A DNA stretch of 63,464 nucleotides, counting the filler. It is 3 parts of 3 records of this genome, joined end to end, with 100 filler letters (N's around TTAATTAATTAA, not from the genome) between each part and the next. Parts side by side here need not be neighbours in the genome. Positions count along the whole stretch, not along the records: positions 31,513 to 51,209 come from SRR20825010_847; 2 more parts are not named here. One strand, written 5' to 3'. Shown piece after piece: positions 34,381 through 44,305 of this stretch. How positions within the stretch are numbered: the stretch's first letter is position 1; every line of letters begins with the position of its first letter. The notes below the pieces were generated by a model. That model saw nothing but the letters and a program-made list of their open reading frames with translations. It was not told the origin of the DNA and did no database searches. The translations under genes were made by a program, and so were the position numbers.

Positions 34381-35730
34381 ATGTTGAATATTTCTAACAA
34401 TCCACTGAATAAAACGGTTCACCTTAGGGGGTATAAGTCAACCGAAAGGGTCTTTCACGAAAGGCATTATAAGCATTTTAACCGATTTTTACTGGGCTCC
34501 GCTATTTTTGGGATTATCGTTCTCTTCCTGCCGTGGACACAAAATATAAGAGGGAACGGTTTTCTCACCACTTTGAAGCCGGACCAAAGGCCACAGACAA
34601 TACAATCCCCAATTCCAGGAAGAATAGAAAAGTGGTATGTGCAGGAGGGCGATTTTGTTGAAAAAGGGGATACAATTTTGTTCATTTCCGAAGTCAAGAA
34701 CGAATATTTCGACCCCAAATTGGTAGAGCGAACAAGGCAACAAATTAAGGCCAAATCTATGGCTGTGGGGTCTTACGAAGGCAAGGTTAATGCATTGAAC
34801 AATCAGATTTCCGCCTTGGGCAATGAACGGAAACTTAAATTGGAACAGGCCAAGAATAAATTGATGCAATCCCATTTGAAGGTTCAGAGCGATAGTATTG
34901 ACCTAGAAGCGGCTAAAACCAATATTAGCATAGCGGAAAAACAGTATAACCGTACGGAGCAATTACAGAAGGAAGGTTTAAAGGCCGTTACGGATGTGGA
35001 GGAAAAACGCTTAAAACTACAGGAAACCCAGGCTAAATTAATATCACAGCAAAACAAATTATTGGTTGCCAAGAATGATGTTTTAAATGCTGAAATGGAG
35101 ATTAACCGTATCCAGGCCGAATATACGGATAAGATCTCTAAGGCCCAAAGCGATATGTTTACCGCTCAATCAAGTCAATACGATTCCGAGGCGCAAGTGA
35201 CCAAGCTCGAAAATGAATACACTAATTACGAGATGCGCAACGAAATGTACTACATACGTGCGCCTCAAAGCGGGTTTATCAATAAGGCCTTGCAAGGGGG
35301 AATTGGGGAAACTTTTAAGGAAGGAGACCGTCTTGTTGGAATAATGCCAGCCGATTATGACATGGCCGTAGAAACGTTTTTGGAACCTTTGGATTTGCCT
35401 TTAATTCATATTGGGGAGAAGGTAAGAATTCAATTCGATGGGTGGCCTGCCATAGTTTTCAGCGGGTGGCCCAATATTTCTTATGGTACCTACGGTGGTA
35501 AGGTAGTAGCGGTTGAAACCTTTATAAGTGAAAATGGAAAATATCGCGTGCTGTTGGCCCCAGATCCAGAGGATGAACCTTGGCCAACCCAAATTAGGGT
35601 AGGCTCGGGAGCCAATACTATAGCCCTATTGGAAGATGTTCCCATTTGGTTTGAACTTTGGCGACAGGTCAATGGCTTTCCGCCCAATTATTACCAGCCC
35701 ACCAAATCTACCGCAAAAGCCGAAAAATGA
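34381..35730 (+). CDS. HlyD family periplasmic adaptor
   Basis: N-terminal TM, IQSPIPGRI/VQEGDFV lipoyl halves, long coiled coil, IRAPQSG. Confidence 0.92.
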   Translation: MLNISNNPLNKTVHLRGYKSTERVFHERHYKHFNRFLLGSAIFGIIVLFLPWTQNIRGNGFLTTLKPDQRPQTIQSPIPGRIEKWYVQEGDFVEKGDTILFISEVKNEYFDPKLVERTRQQIKAKSMAVGSYEGKVNALNNQISALGNERKLKLEQAKNKLMQSHLKVQSDSIDLEAAKTNISIAEKQYNRTEQLQKEGLKAVTDVEEKRLKLQETQAKLISQQNKLLVAKNDVLNAEMEINRIQAEYTDKISKAQSDMFTAQSSQYDSEAQVTKLENEYTNYEMRNEMYYIRAPQSGFINKALQGGIGETFKEGDRLVGIMPADYDMAVETFLEPLDLPLIHIGEKVRIQFDGWPAIVFSGWPNISYGTYGGKVVAVETFISENGKYRVLLAPDPEDEPWPTQIRVGSGANTIALLEDVPIWFELWRQVNGFPPNYYQPTKSTAKAEK

Positions 35731-37133
35731 TGCAAAAGTATTTGTACAGCTTATTCGTATTACTTTTCATGGGAGTAAATGCCCAAGAACAGGATAGGCT
35801 TGTCCTAAATTTTAAGGAATACCTTGGCTATGTAAAAAAATACCATCCTATTGCAAAACAGGCCGAACTTAAGATTGATATGGGGCAAGCAAACCTAATG
35901 CGTTCACGAGGGGGCTTCGACCCTAAGATTGAAGTGGATTACGATAGAAAGGAGTTTAAGGGAACTGAATATTATGATCGACTTAATGCTGCTTTTAAGA
36001 TACCTACCTGGTACGGTCTGGAGTTGAAGGGTAACTTTGAACAGAATGATGGGAATTATTTAAATCCATCGGAAAATGTCCCGGATGATGGTCTATATAG
36101 TGCCGGGGTTTCTATGTCCGTAGGTCAAGGTTTTTGGATCAATGAACGTATGGCCACTCTAAAACAAGCCAAGTTGTTGAGGGAACAGACCAAGGCCGAT
36201 CGGGATTTACAGGTGAACCAAGTTCTGTTCGAGGCATCACTAGCCTACTTCCAATGGTTGCAGGCCTATCAGGACAGTCAGATTTTGAATGATTTCTTTT
36301 CAAGCGCACAATTGCGTTTTGAGGGCGTCAGAACCACCGCATTGGCAGGTGAAATAGCCGCCATAGATACCGTAGAGGCAAAGATTGCCGTTCAGGACCG
36401 TGCCTTGAATCTGGAGCAGGCCAAGGTTCGTTTCGTAAAAAGCTCCCTGGAATTGTCCAATTTTCTCTGGATGGGAGACAACCTTCCGGTAGAGTTAAAA
36501 CCAAATGTAATACCGGATGTCAATTTAGGGCAAGATATAGATGCCACCTTGGAAATACTCGGGAAACCATTGGACAGTTTTAATTTGGAAAATCACCCCA
36601 AGTTAAAATCCATGGGTTACAAAATTGAAGGGCTCACGGTTGAAAAGCGACTTAAGGCAAATAAGTTATTGCCCAAGGTAGATTTGGAATACAACTTTTT
36701 AACAACAGGGCCCGTTACTATGAACGCTTTTGAACCCCAAGACTATAAGGGAGGTTTGTCTATAAACTTGCCGTTATTTTTAAGGAAGGAACGTGGGGAT
36801 TTAAAACTGGCGAAGATCAAATTGGAGGATGCCAAGTTTGAATTGGACAATGCCCAAATACAAATAAAAAACAAGATTGTTGCCATTTTTAGGGAACTGG
36901 AATCTTTTGAAAAGCAAAATCTGCTTATAAATGATATAGTGGGCAATTATAATTTACTGCTCACTGCTGAGGAGCGAAAATTTAGTTTTGGGGAAAGTTC
37001 ATTGTTCTTGGTCAATTCCAGAGAAAGCAAACTCATAGATGCAGAGCTCAAACAGAATGAGGTTAGAAATAAGTACTATTCGGCAAAGGCCAAGTTATTC
37101 AATAGTTTGGCCGTTAATCCAGAAAAAATGTAG
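35727..37133 (+). CDS. TolC family outer membrane channel
   Basis: Signal peptide; HPIAKQA, GGFDPK, LPLFLRKERG and GESSLFLVNSRE motifs; ATGA overlap with hlyD. Confidence 0.9.
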   Translation: MMQKYLYSLFVLLFMGVNAQEQDRLVLNFKEYLGYVKKYHPIAKQAELKIDMGQANLMRSRGGFDPKIEVDYDRKEFKGTEYYDRLNAAFKIPTWYGLELKGNFEQNDGNYLNPSENVPDDGLYSAGVSMSVGQGFWINERMATLKQAKLLREQTKADRDLQVNQVLFEASLAYFQWLQAYQDSQILNDFFSSAQLRFEGVRTTALAGEIAAIDTVEAKIAVQDRALNLEQAKVRFVKSSLELSNFLWMGDNLPVELKPNVIPDVNLGQDIDATLEILGKPLDSFNLENHPKLKSMGYKIEGLTVEKRLKANKLLPKVDLEYNFLTTGPVTMNAFEPQDYKGGLSINLPLFLRKERGDLKLAKIKLEDAKFELDNAQIQIKNKIVAIFRELESFEKQNLLINDIVGNYNLLLTAEERKFSFGESSLFLVNSRESKLIDAELKQNEVRNKYYSAKAKLFNSLAVNPEKM

Positions 37134-37199
37134 GATGTTTTGGGATGGGACCAAAAAAATAGGGTCCTTATAACTCCAAATGCAGAATCATACTACTAC

Positions 37200-37560
37200 C
37201 GCAATTTACCCAATAGAGGTGCATTGAATTCAAAAATTGGTAAGTATATGAGCTTACTATTCATGGAAGAGGGTTGATTGGCCTACCATAAAAACAAAGG
37301 TCATTTCCTGGAAAGCGTTCCCGGAATAAATTGACAATTACCAATTGTTTTTTTTATGGTTTCCATTTTGTGTTGAAAGAAGAGGGACAATCTATGAATG
37401 CCATACCTAGGGACAATGGCATTATCTGCCATAAGGGTCGGGAAAAACTCGATTGGTCCGTTGCTGTTGCCGACTATTATTTCGTAGAATGTTTCCCTAG
37501 GGTTAGTATTGTCTGCGTATTTGCAATGGGGGGACATAGAAATTGGAAATAGATCATTTC
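37200..37560 (-). pseudogene. decayed copy of the 3' end of the SDR gene at 47432-48322 and its downstream sequence
   Basis: GPIEFFPTLMADNAIVPRYGIHRLSLFFQHKMETIKK versus GPIEFFLTLMAEDAIAPRYGSHRLSRFFQNEMDTIKK; DNA 37336-37460 aligns with 47430-47558; outer boundaries approximate. Confidence 0.75.
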
Positions 37561-37634
37561 TTTTTTTTGGTGTCCTACTAGTTGTTTTTTGGTTTTTAGA
37601 AGATACTAATATAATGGCCAGGCAACTGGATTAA

Positions 37635-38924
37635 CTATCCCTCAATAAATAAAGATTGGTAATGTTCTGAAGGAAGAAATATGCCCCCACTTTCTTCGTA
37701 AAATGACCTGCCAGTTGTGTAGGCCCCATTTTTGGTCTGAGTCCATTCCGCACCTGCCCGAGGGTGATAGGATTCGAGTTTGCCCCAGTTTTTATAAAAC
37801 TGATGACCGTTGGTTTCCAATAGCCCGAAATTCATCATAGGAAGTGGTGCCAAACGGGCAGCAATCGATTTGTTCCAATCCACCAAAATAGGGTTCACCG
37901 TAAGGTCGGCACTAATACAAGGAACTTTTCTTTCATGACAGGCTTGTACGATTTTCAAGGTCATACTCAAGGTATTGGCTATGGCCTTTACGACAATGGT
38001 GCCATACCCCTGCTCCACGCGATCCATGGCATCCTGAACGGTATGCGCACTTTCATCGGCGGCTATCGTGACCCCTACATCACCTACATACGATTCATCT
38101 TTTTGCCCCAGAGGTTCCTCTATAACTGCAATCTGGTCGAAGGCCCCGATTTTTTTTGCATGGTCTAAAAAGCGTAAAAGAGTTTCTATGGACCCATATC
38201 GTCCGTTGGCGTCGATGTAATAATGGATTTTACCGTCTTTGGTATGGGGCGTTTCATAATGCCCGATAGCTTTGTGTACGTTGGATAAGAATTCCAAGTC
38301 CTGGGCCAACATCTCTTCTTGGGTGCCCTTGGAACCCGTTTTCAATTTTAGGATAAAATAGCCTTCATCGGCTGCTGCCTTTATTTTTTCGATCGCCGTA
38401 CCCACAGGAAAGGAGGGGATGCTCGCCACCTTTTCATTTCTATATGATAGTCCGGCCCGGTATTCCACAGGAATCATGTCGTCGAATGTCTTGAAATTGT
38501 TCTCATGGGCATATAGTAGCCAGGCCGCGTTATCAATACAGACCAGGGAGTTTAATGCAAAGGTTTTTCTGAGGTCGGATTCGCCAGTTATTTTTTTACC
38601 GTAAGCGTGGACTTCCGGCAAAATGGAGTCGAGCAATTCCAAGGGATCCGTAAACGATATGCCTTTTATAAGTTGCAAGGCCTTCTCGCTCATGGCGAAC
38701 ATCAGCGCATTGGCCCCGTTTTCGGAATGGGCACCGGCCACATTACCATCTGACCAAAGGGGGCTCTGGGTACCAAGACCTACTCTTGAAACCCCCGATT
38801 CGCTTTGTAGCCAGGCGGCGGTCTGCCAAAGCTGGGTGACGGCGCTCCCCCCAAAACGATAGGGGTAAAGTGATTCCCTTTCAAAATTTAAGCTTGTGTC
38901 CTTAATCTTGATTTTTGTCTGCAT
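37635..38924 (-). CDS. enolase-superfamily enzyme (mandelate racemase / dipeptide epimerase-like)
   Basis: KLK motif; metal ligands in IDANG, IEEP and ADES; VKAIA. Confidence 0.8.
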   Translation of the reverse strand: MQTKIKIKDTSLNFERESLYPYRFGGSAVTQLWQTAAWLQSESGVSRVGLGTQSPLWSDGNVAGAHSENGANALMFAMSEKALQLIKGISFTDPLELLDSILPEVHAYGKKITGESDLRKTFALNSLVCIDNAAWLLYAHENNFKTFDDMIPVEYRAGLSYRNEKVASIPSFPVGTAIEKIKAAADEGYFILKLKTGSKGTQEEMLAQDLEFLSNVHKAIGHYETPHTKDGKIHYYIDANGRYGSIETLLRFLDHAKKIGAFDQIAVIEEPLGQKDESYVGDVGVTIAADESAHTVQDAMDRVEQGYGTIVVKAIANTLSMTLKIVQACHERKVPCISADLTVNPILVDWNKSIAARLAPLPMMNFGLLETNGHQFYKNWGKLESYHPRAGAEWTQTKNGAYTTGRSFYEESGGIFLPSEHYQSLFIEG

Positions 38925-39458
38925 TTCTGTCTCTTTTCCAAATGTTGAAGGTTCAAAAATAGTCCTATGGTATCAAAAGCGTTGGCTGCAGTGGTTTTGT
39001 TTACAAACGCCCTAGGCTTTATAAGTCTATAGTTTGTTTTTGGTCATGAATTGTTCTTCCGTTCATTATTTGGTTATACCGTTTGCACTCTAAAGATGGT
39101 TGGGAACCCTTAAATATACGATATGTTTTGTTTTAAGTAGGGTATTGTGGAGTAACAGCATGGGGTGTAGGACAAATTTTCCTGTTCATGAAACACCCCT
39201 TGAGTCATTGCCGAATTGAAGTCTGAATATAAAACTTACCATCTCTTTCGGAGCGAGTAAGGGAGAAGTCTTTTAGCGGTATAAAAATATTTTTCCTAGT
39301 AACACTCACCAATGAGTCACTCACTGCCCTCCCTCTCGCAGATTGGGACAGATTCCACCAAAATTTGAAATCTGTCGTACGCCGACTGGTTGTTTGCAGG
39401 AAATCAAACACATATTTTTAGTACATTACCATAATTCCAATCCATACCAACTAAAAAT

Positions 39459-40652
39459 ATGAAAAAAATCTTCGCGCTTATCGGTCCTGGTTTTATTACG
39501 GCGGCCTTGGTATTGGGCCCAGGTAGTTTGGCAGTGGCATCGAAAATTGGGGCGAACTTTGAATATCAACTGCTGTGGGTAATGCCGTTGTGCGTTTTGT
39601 TCATGGGTGTATTTACAGTTGTTTCCACACGAATAGGCCTTGCATCCGAAATCTCCTTACTCCGACAGATTCACCTCACATACGGAAGATGGGTTGCCAT
39701 TGTGATCGGAGTCGGACTCTTTATGGTAGCGGCTTCGTTCCAAGCTGGAAACTCCATAGGTGCGGGAATGGTCTTTAGTGAGACCTTGGCCATGTCATCA
39801 GCCCCATGGATAATAGGAATATCGGCCATCGCCATTTTCTTACTGTTTTTTAAGACCTTCTTTAAGATTCTCGAAAAAGTAATGATCGGTATGGTCATCT
39901 TAATGCTCGTATCTTTTATGCTTACCCTAGTCATTTCGAATCCAGATCTTTCAAGATTGGCGGAACAATTCACTTTTGAAATTCCTAACGGTTCCGAAAT
40001 GCTGACCTTAGCATTGGTAGCATCGAGTTTTTCTATTGCCGGAGCCTTTTACCAATCCTATTTGGTGCAGGAAAAAGGATGGACGAAAGCCAAATCAAGA
40101 TCGCACGAACGCGAAGGAATTACTGGGATCGTTATCTTGGGAGTGATTACCTCGACCGTACTCTTGGTCGGGGCATCCGTTTTATTTCCCAAGGGGATTG
40201 CGGTCAATAGTGCCACTGAAATGGGCATGGCATTGGAGCCTATTTTTGGGTCCTATGCCACCAAGGTCTTTATGCTGGGGCTTTTTGCGGCATCTTTTTC
40301 TTCCCTGTTGGGTAATGCCACCTTGGGCGGCGTTTTAATATCCGATGCATTGGGGTTCGGGATGAAACTCGAATCGATAAAAGTACGTGTAATGGTCATG
40401 CTGGTCATAGTAATCGGTGCGTTGGTAGCGATAGTTTTCGGCAATTTGCCAGTTGAACTGATTGTTGTGGCACAGGGCCTTACGGTTATCGTATCACCCT
40501 TGATCGGACTATTGTTGCTTGTGATCGCATTTGGAAAATTCGCAAAAAAAGAAATGGAATTGGGCATTGGTTTAAAGGTCCTGATGATATTAGGTTGGTT
40601 GATATTATTATTTTTGGCCATGGCCAATGGATATAACATTTTTATTAAATAG
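39459..40652 (+). CDS. NRAMP-related transporter lacking the DPGN motif
   Basis: IGPGFITAALVLGPGS, YQLLW, FQAGN, YQSYLVQEKGW and GLFAASFSS motifs; about 11 TM segments. Confidence 0.8.
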   Translation: MKKIFALIGPGFITAALVLGPGSLAVASKIGANFEYQLLWVMPLCVLFMGVFTVVSTRIGLASEISLLRQIHLTYGRWVAIVIGVGLFMVAASFQAGNSIGAGMVFSETLAMSSAPWIIGISAIAIFLLFFKTFFKILEKVMIGMVILMLVSFMLTLVISNPDLSRLAEQFTFEIPNGSEMLTLALVASSFSIAGAFYQSYLVQEKGWTKAKSRSHEREGITGIVILGVITSTVLLVGASVLFPKGIAVNSATEMGMALEPIFGSYATKVFMLGLFAASFSSLLGNATLGGVLISDALGFGMKLESIKVRVMVMLVIVIGALVAIVFGNLPVELIVVAQGLTVIVSPLIGLLLLVIAFGKFAKKEMELGIGLKVLMILGWLILLFLAMANGYNIFIK

Positions 40653-40655
40653 CAT

Positions 40656-41672
40656 ATGAAAACTGTTGAAGAACTTGAGCTTAAATTATCGAAACCTTCC
40701 GAACGACTAATAGTGGATGTTGCCAAGATCCATGGCGATATCATGATTTTGGGCCTGGGCGGAAAAATGGGCCCTAGCTTGGCCAAATTGCTCAAAAAAG
40801 CCATTGATAAGGCGGGAATTTCTAAAAGGATAATGGGGGCCTCACGGTTTTCGAACGAGACCATGTACAACGAACTTTCCAATTTCGGAATTGAATGTCA
40901 TAAGGTCGATTTGCTGAACGATGCCGCGTTAAACGGTCTGCCCGATGCCGAAAATGTCATCTATATGGCCGGCAATAAATTTGGAACGGCGGGCAACGAG
41001 CATTTTACCTGGGCGATGAACGCCTATCTTCCTGGCAGGGTTGCCGAAAAATACAAACACTCCAATATAGTAGTATTTTCAACCGGAAATATTTATCCCT
41101 TTATGCCCATCGGAAGTGGTGGCGCACAGGAAAACGTAAGGCCTTCGCCCATAGGGGAGTATGCACAGTCTTGTTTGGGCAGGGAGCGGGTGTTCGAGCA
41201 TTTTTCGGTAAAGAATGGCACGAAAATATTATTGTACCGTTTGAACTATGCGCTGGATCTAAGATACGGCGTGCTTTTGGAGGTTGCTAAAAAAGTGATA
41301 TCCGAAAAGCCCATCGATTTAAGTATGGGCTACGTAAATGTGATCTGGCAGGGCGATGCCAACGAATATGCCATTAGAAGCCTGCTGCATTGCCAATCCC
41401 CGGCGAATAAATTGAATATTACAGGTCCTGAAACGATATCGGTGCAATGGCTTGCCGAACAATTCGGCAAACATTTCGAAAAAAAACCGATTTTTGAGAA
41501 CAAGCCTGCCGAAACGGCCTTGTTAAACAATGCTTCGCGATCTTTCGAACTTTTCGGACAGCCATTTGTTTCCCTGAACGAGATGATCATGATGACAGTA
41601 GAATGGGTAAAATCCGGAGGAAAGGAAATCGGCAAACCCACCCATTTTCAAGAACGAAAGGGGGATTTCTAA
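40656..41672 (+). CDS. NAD-dependent epimerase/dehydratase family protein
   Basis: GLGGKMG Rossmann motif; STGNIY, EYAQSCLGRE and RLNYA motifs. Confidence 0.82.
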   Translation: MKTVEELELKLSKPSERLIVDVAKIHGDIMILGLGGKMGPSLAKLLKKAIDKAGISKRIMGASRFSNETMYNELSNFGIECHKVDLLNDAALNGLPDAENVIYMAGNKFGTAGNEHFTWAMNAYLPGRVAEKYKHSNIVVFSTGNIYPFMPIGSGGAQENVRPSPIGEYAQSCLGRERVFEHFSVKNGTKILLYRLNYALDLRYGVLLEVAKKVISEKPIDLSMGYVNVIWQGDANEYAIRSLLHCQSPANKLNITGPETISVQWLAEQFGKHFEKKPIFENKPAETALLNNASRSFELFGQPFVSLNEMIMMTVEWVKSGGKEIGKPTHFQERKGDF

Positions 41673-41702
41673 ATTTTATTGCCCAAAAAGAAGCTCAGAA
41701 AA

Positions 41703-42767
41703 ATGAAAGATTTAGATCCAAAAATAAAAGAACTATTAGAGGAAGGCACAGTGATTCCGGCCCATCCGTTGGCCCTTACCGTAGACCGTAGGTTGGATGA
41801 AGCCAGACAACGGCTGTTGACCCGATATTACATAGCATCTGGTGCCGGAGGCATTGCTATTGGCGTACATACCACCCAATTTCAAATACGCGATCCTGAA
41901 ATCGGATTGTACCGAACAGTGCTTGAATTGGCAATTGAAGAAATAGACAAGGCGAATCTAACTCGACCCTTCATAAAAGTCGCAGGGGTTAGCGGCAATA
42001 CGGAACAAGCCGTCAAGGAAGCCAAAATATGTTCGGAACTGGGGTATGACATCGTGCTGGTCAGTACAAACGGATTGGGCGATTGGCCCGAAGCGGCTCT
42101 ATTGGAGCGTACCCGAAAGATTGCCGAGGTCATTCCCGTATTCGGCTTTTACCTACAACCAGCGGTAGGAGGGAAAGTATTGAGTTTTGATTTTTGGAAG
42201 GCTTTTGCCGAAATAAAGAATGTTCACGCCATAAAAATGGCCCCTTTCAACCGTTATCAGACCTTGGAAGTGGTCAGGGCGGTCTGTGAATCGTCCAGAT
42301 GCGATGACATCGCGCTATATACGGGCAACGATGATAATATTGTCAATGACCTATTGAGCACCTATAAGTTCAGTGTCAATAACAAACTAGTAACCAAGGA
42401 CATAGTCGGGGGATTACTGGGCCATTGGGCAGTTTGGACGAACAAGGCCGTGGAACTGCTGGACAAGATAAAAAAGACAAAAAAGAGCGGAAGTACCTTG
42501 CCTAAGGAACTTTTGACCTTGAACCTTGCCGTAACCGATTCGAATGCTGCTTTCTTTGATGCTGCCAACAATTTGCATGGATGTATAGCTGGCATTCACG
42601 AGGTATTATACCGACAAGGAATTTTAAAGGGAATATGGTGCCTGGATGAAAATGAAGGACTTTCCAAAGGACAAAAAGAGGAAATCGACCGGGTTTACCG
42701 AGATTACCCCGAACTGAACGATGATGATTTTATAAGGAGTAATATTGAGAAATGGATGGTGGATTAG
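41703..42767 (+). CDS. DHDPS/NAL-family aldolase or dehydratase
   Basis: GVHTTQF, FYLQP, AIKMAPF (Schiff-base Lys) and YTGNDD motifs. Confidence 0.82.
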   Translation: MKDLDPKIKELLEEGTVIPAHPLALTVDRRLDEARQRLLTRYYIASGAGGIAIGVHTTQFQIRDPEIGLYRTVLELAIEEIDKANLTRPFIKVAGVSGNTEQAVKEAKICSELGYDIVLVSTNGLGDWPEAALLERTRKIAEVIPVFGFYLQPAVGGKVLSFDFWKAFAEIKNVHAIKMAPFNRYQTLEVVRAVCESSRCDDIALYTGNDDNIVNDLLSTYKFSVNNKLVTKDIVGGLLGHWAVWTNKAVELLDKIKKTKKSGSTLPKELLTLNLAVTDSNAAFFDAANNLHGCIAGIHEVLYRQGILKGIWCLDENEGLSKGQKEEIDRVYRDYPELNDDDFIRSNIEKWMVD

Positions 42768-42827
42768 TTGTTCCAACTTTAATTTTTCAATTATAATAAT
42801 GCTAGGAATAAAATAAAAATAACGATT

Positions 42828-44135
42828 ATGAAAAAACAAAATAAAACGAGCAGAAGAACCTTTGTAAAGACCTCGGCCAAGACCCTAGCAGCCGGCATGG
42901 TCTTCAGTCACTTACCGATATTTTCAAGTGCCAATGTACTGGGGCAGGAGAAAATTAAATTAGGATTGGTAGGTTGTGGCGGTCGCGGAACCGGAGCTAT
43001 TTTTCAAGCCTTGACCGCATCAAAATCCGTACAGTTGGTTGCTATGGGCGATGTTTTCAAACACGAACTAGACAATAGCCTTCAACAGGTAGCCACCAAA
43101 TTTTCGGATCAGGTGTCTGTACCGAAAGAACGCCAATTTTTAGGGTTGGATGCTTTTGAGAAGGTAATTGCGGAGTGCGATGCGGTTATCTTGGCCACTC
43201 CTCCAGGATTTCGCCCCCAACATTTTCAACATGCCATCGACGCCGGAAAGCATGTGTTTTTGGAAAAGCCTTTGGCCGTAGATGGCCCGGGCTATCGCAA
43301 AATCATTGAAACTGGAGAAAAAGCGACCGAGAAAAAGCTGAACGTTGTTGTAGGCCTGCAGTTCCGGTACGAAATCGCCATGAACGAAATGGTAACAAAA
43401 ATACATTCGGGGGAAATCGGCGACGTATTGTCTGCCGATGTGTATTATAATGTTGGCAAGGCCACTGTACACCCACGAAAAGAAGGCCAGACAGAACTGG
43501 AATACCAGATCAGCAACTGGCATTATTTCAATTGGCTTTGGGGAGGCCAATTGGCGGGGCAGGCCATACACCAGATCGATGTCATCAACTGGATAAAACA
43601 GGCTTACCCCATAAAAGCAAGTGGAATGGGGGGTAGGGCTATGCTCGAAGGTCCGGATCATGGAGAAATATTCGATCATCATTATGTGGAGTTCGAGTAT
43701 GCCGATGGCTCAAAATTGCACGTACAATGCCGACAAATGGACAACTGCGCCAACCGAATGGGGTTCAATGTTCAAGGTACCAAAGCAAGGGCCGATGAGC
43801 GTTATCAGCTTCTCGACAATCAGGGGAATACGCTTTGGCGGTACCGTGATAGGGACGACCCTTCATCTTCACAAATCGAACAGGATGTTTTTATCGGGGC
43901 AATATTGGGTTCCAAACCCTATGTGAACGACGTTGAATTCGGTGCCGAAAGCAGCATGACCACCATAATGGGTCGTATGGCAATAGAGTCCGGCCAGATC
44001 ATCGAATTGGATAAGGCCAAAGCCTCCGATCTGAGTATCGTCCCTGATCCAATGTCATGGGATATGAGGATGCCCAATGCACCCTTGGAAGATGGTAATT
44101 ATTCCATACCAAAACCGGGCATCAGGGTATTGTAG
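42828..44135 (+). CDS. Tat-exported Gfo/Idh/MocA oxidoreductase
   Basis: SRRTFVK Tat motif; GCGGRG, ATPPGFRP, HVFLEKP and HQIDV motifs. Confidence 0.9.
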   Translation: MKKQNKTSRRTFVKTSAKTLAAGMVFSHLPIFSSANVLGQEKIKLGLVGCGGRGTGAIFQALTASKSVQLVAMGDVFKHELDNSLQQVATKFSDQVSVPKERQFLGLDAFEKVIAECDAVILATPPGFRPQHFQHAIDAGKHVFLEKPLAVDGPGYRKIIETGEKATEKKLNVVVGLQFRYEIAMNEMVTKIHSGEIGDVLSADVYYNVGKATVHPRKEGQTELEYQISNWHYFNWLWGGQLAGQAIHQIDVINWIKQAYPIKASGMGGRAMLEGPDHGEIFDHHYVEFEYADGSKLHVQCRQMDNCANRMGFNVQGTKARADERYQLLDNQGNTLWRYRDRDDPSSSQIEQDVFIGAILGSKPYVNDVEFGAESSMTTIMGRMAIESGQIIELDKAKASDLSIVPDPMSWDMRMPNAPLEDGNYSIPKPGIRVL

Positions 44136-44305
44136 GAGCAATAAAGAATTACAGACCAGTTTTTCAAAAACCGTGTTTAGGGACCAATTAAAAATACGTA
44201 AGGCCAAAGTGGCATATGGCTTAACCCCAAGAGTAGGATCATTAGGGGTCTAGTTTTATTTCGGATTCATTTTTTTGAATTGCCAGGGTAAGGAACTCAT
44301 TAAAA

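Noticed and set aside
39205-39411. 68-aa ORF or REP-like element in the enolase-transporter intergenic region
   Set aside because: No protein motif, only a faint single-copy resemblance to REP-type sequences, and no partner inverted copy found
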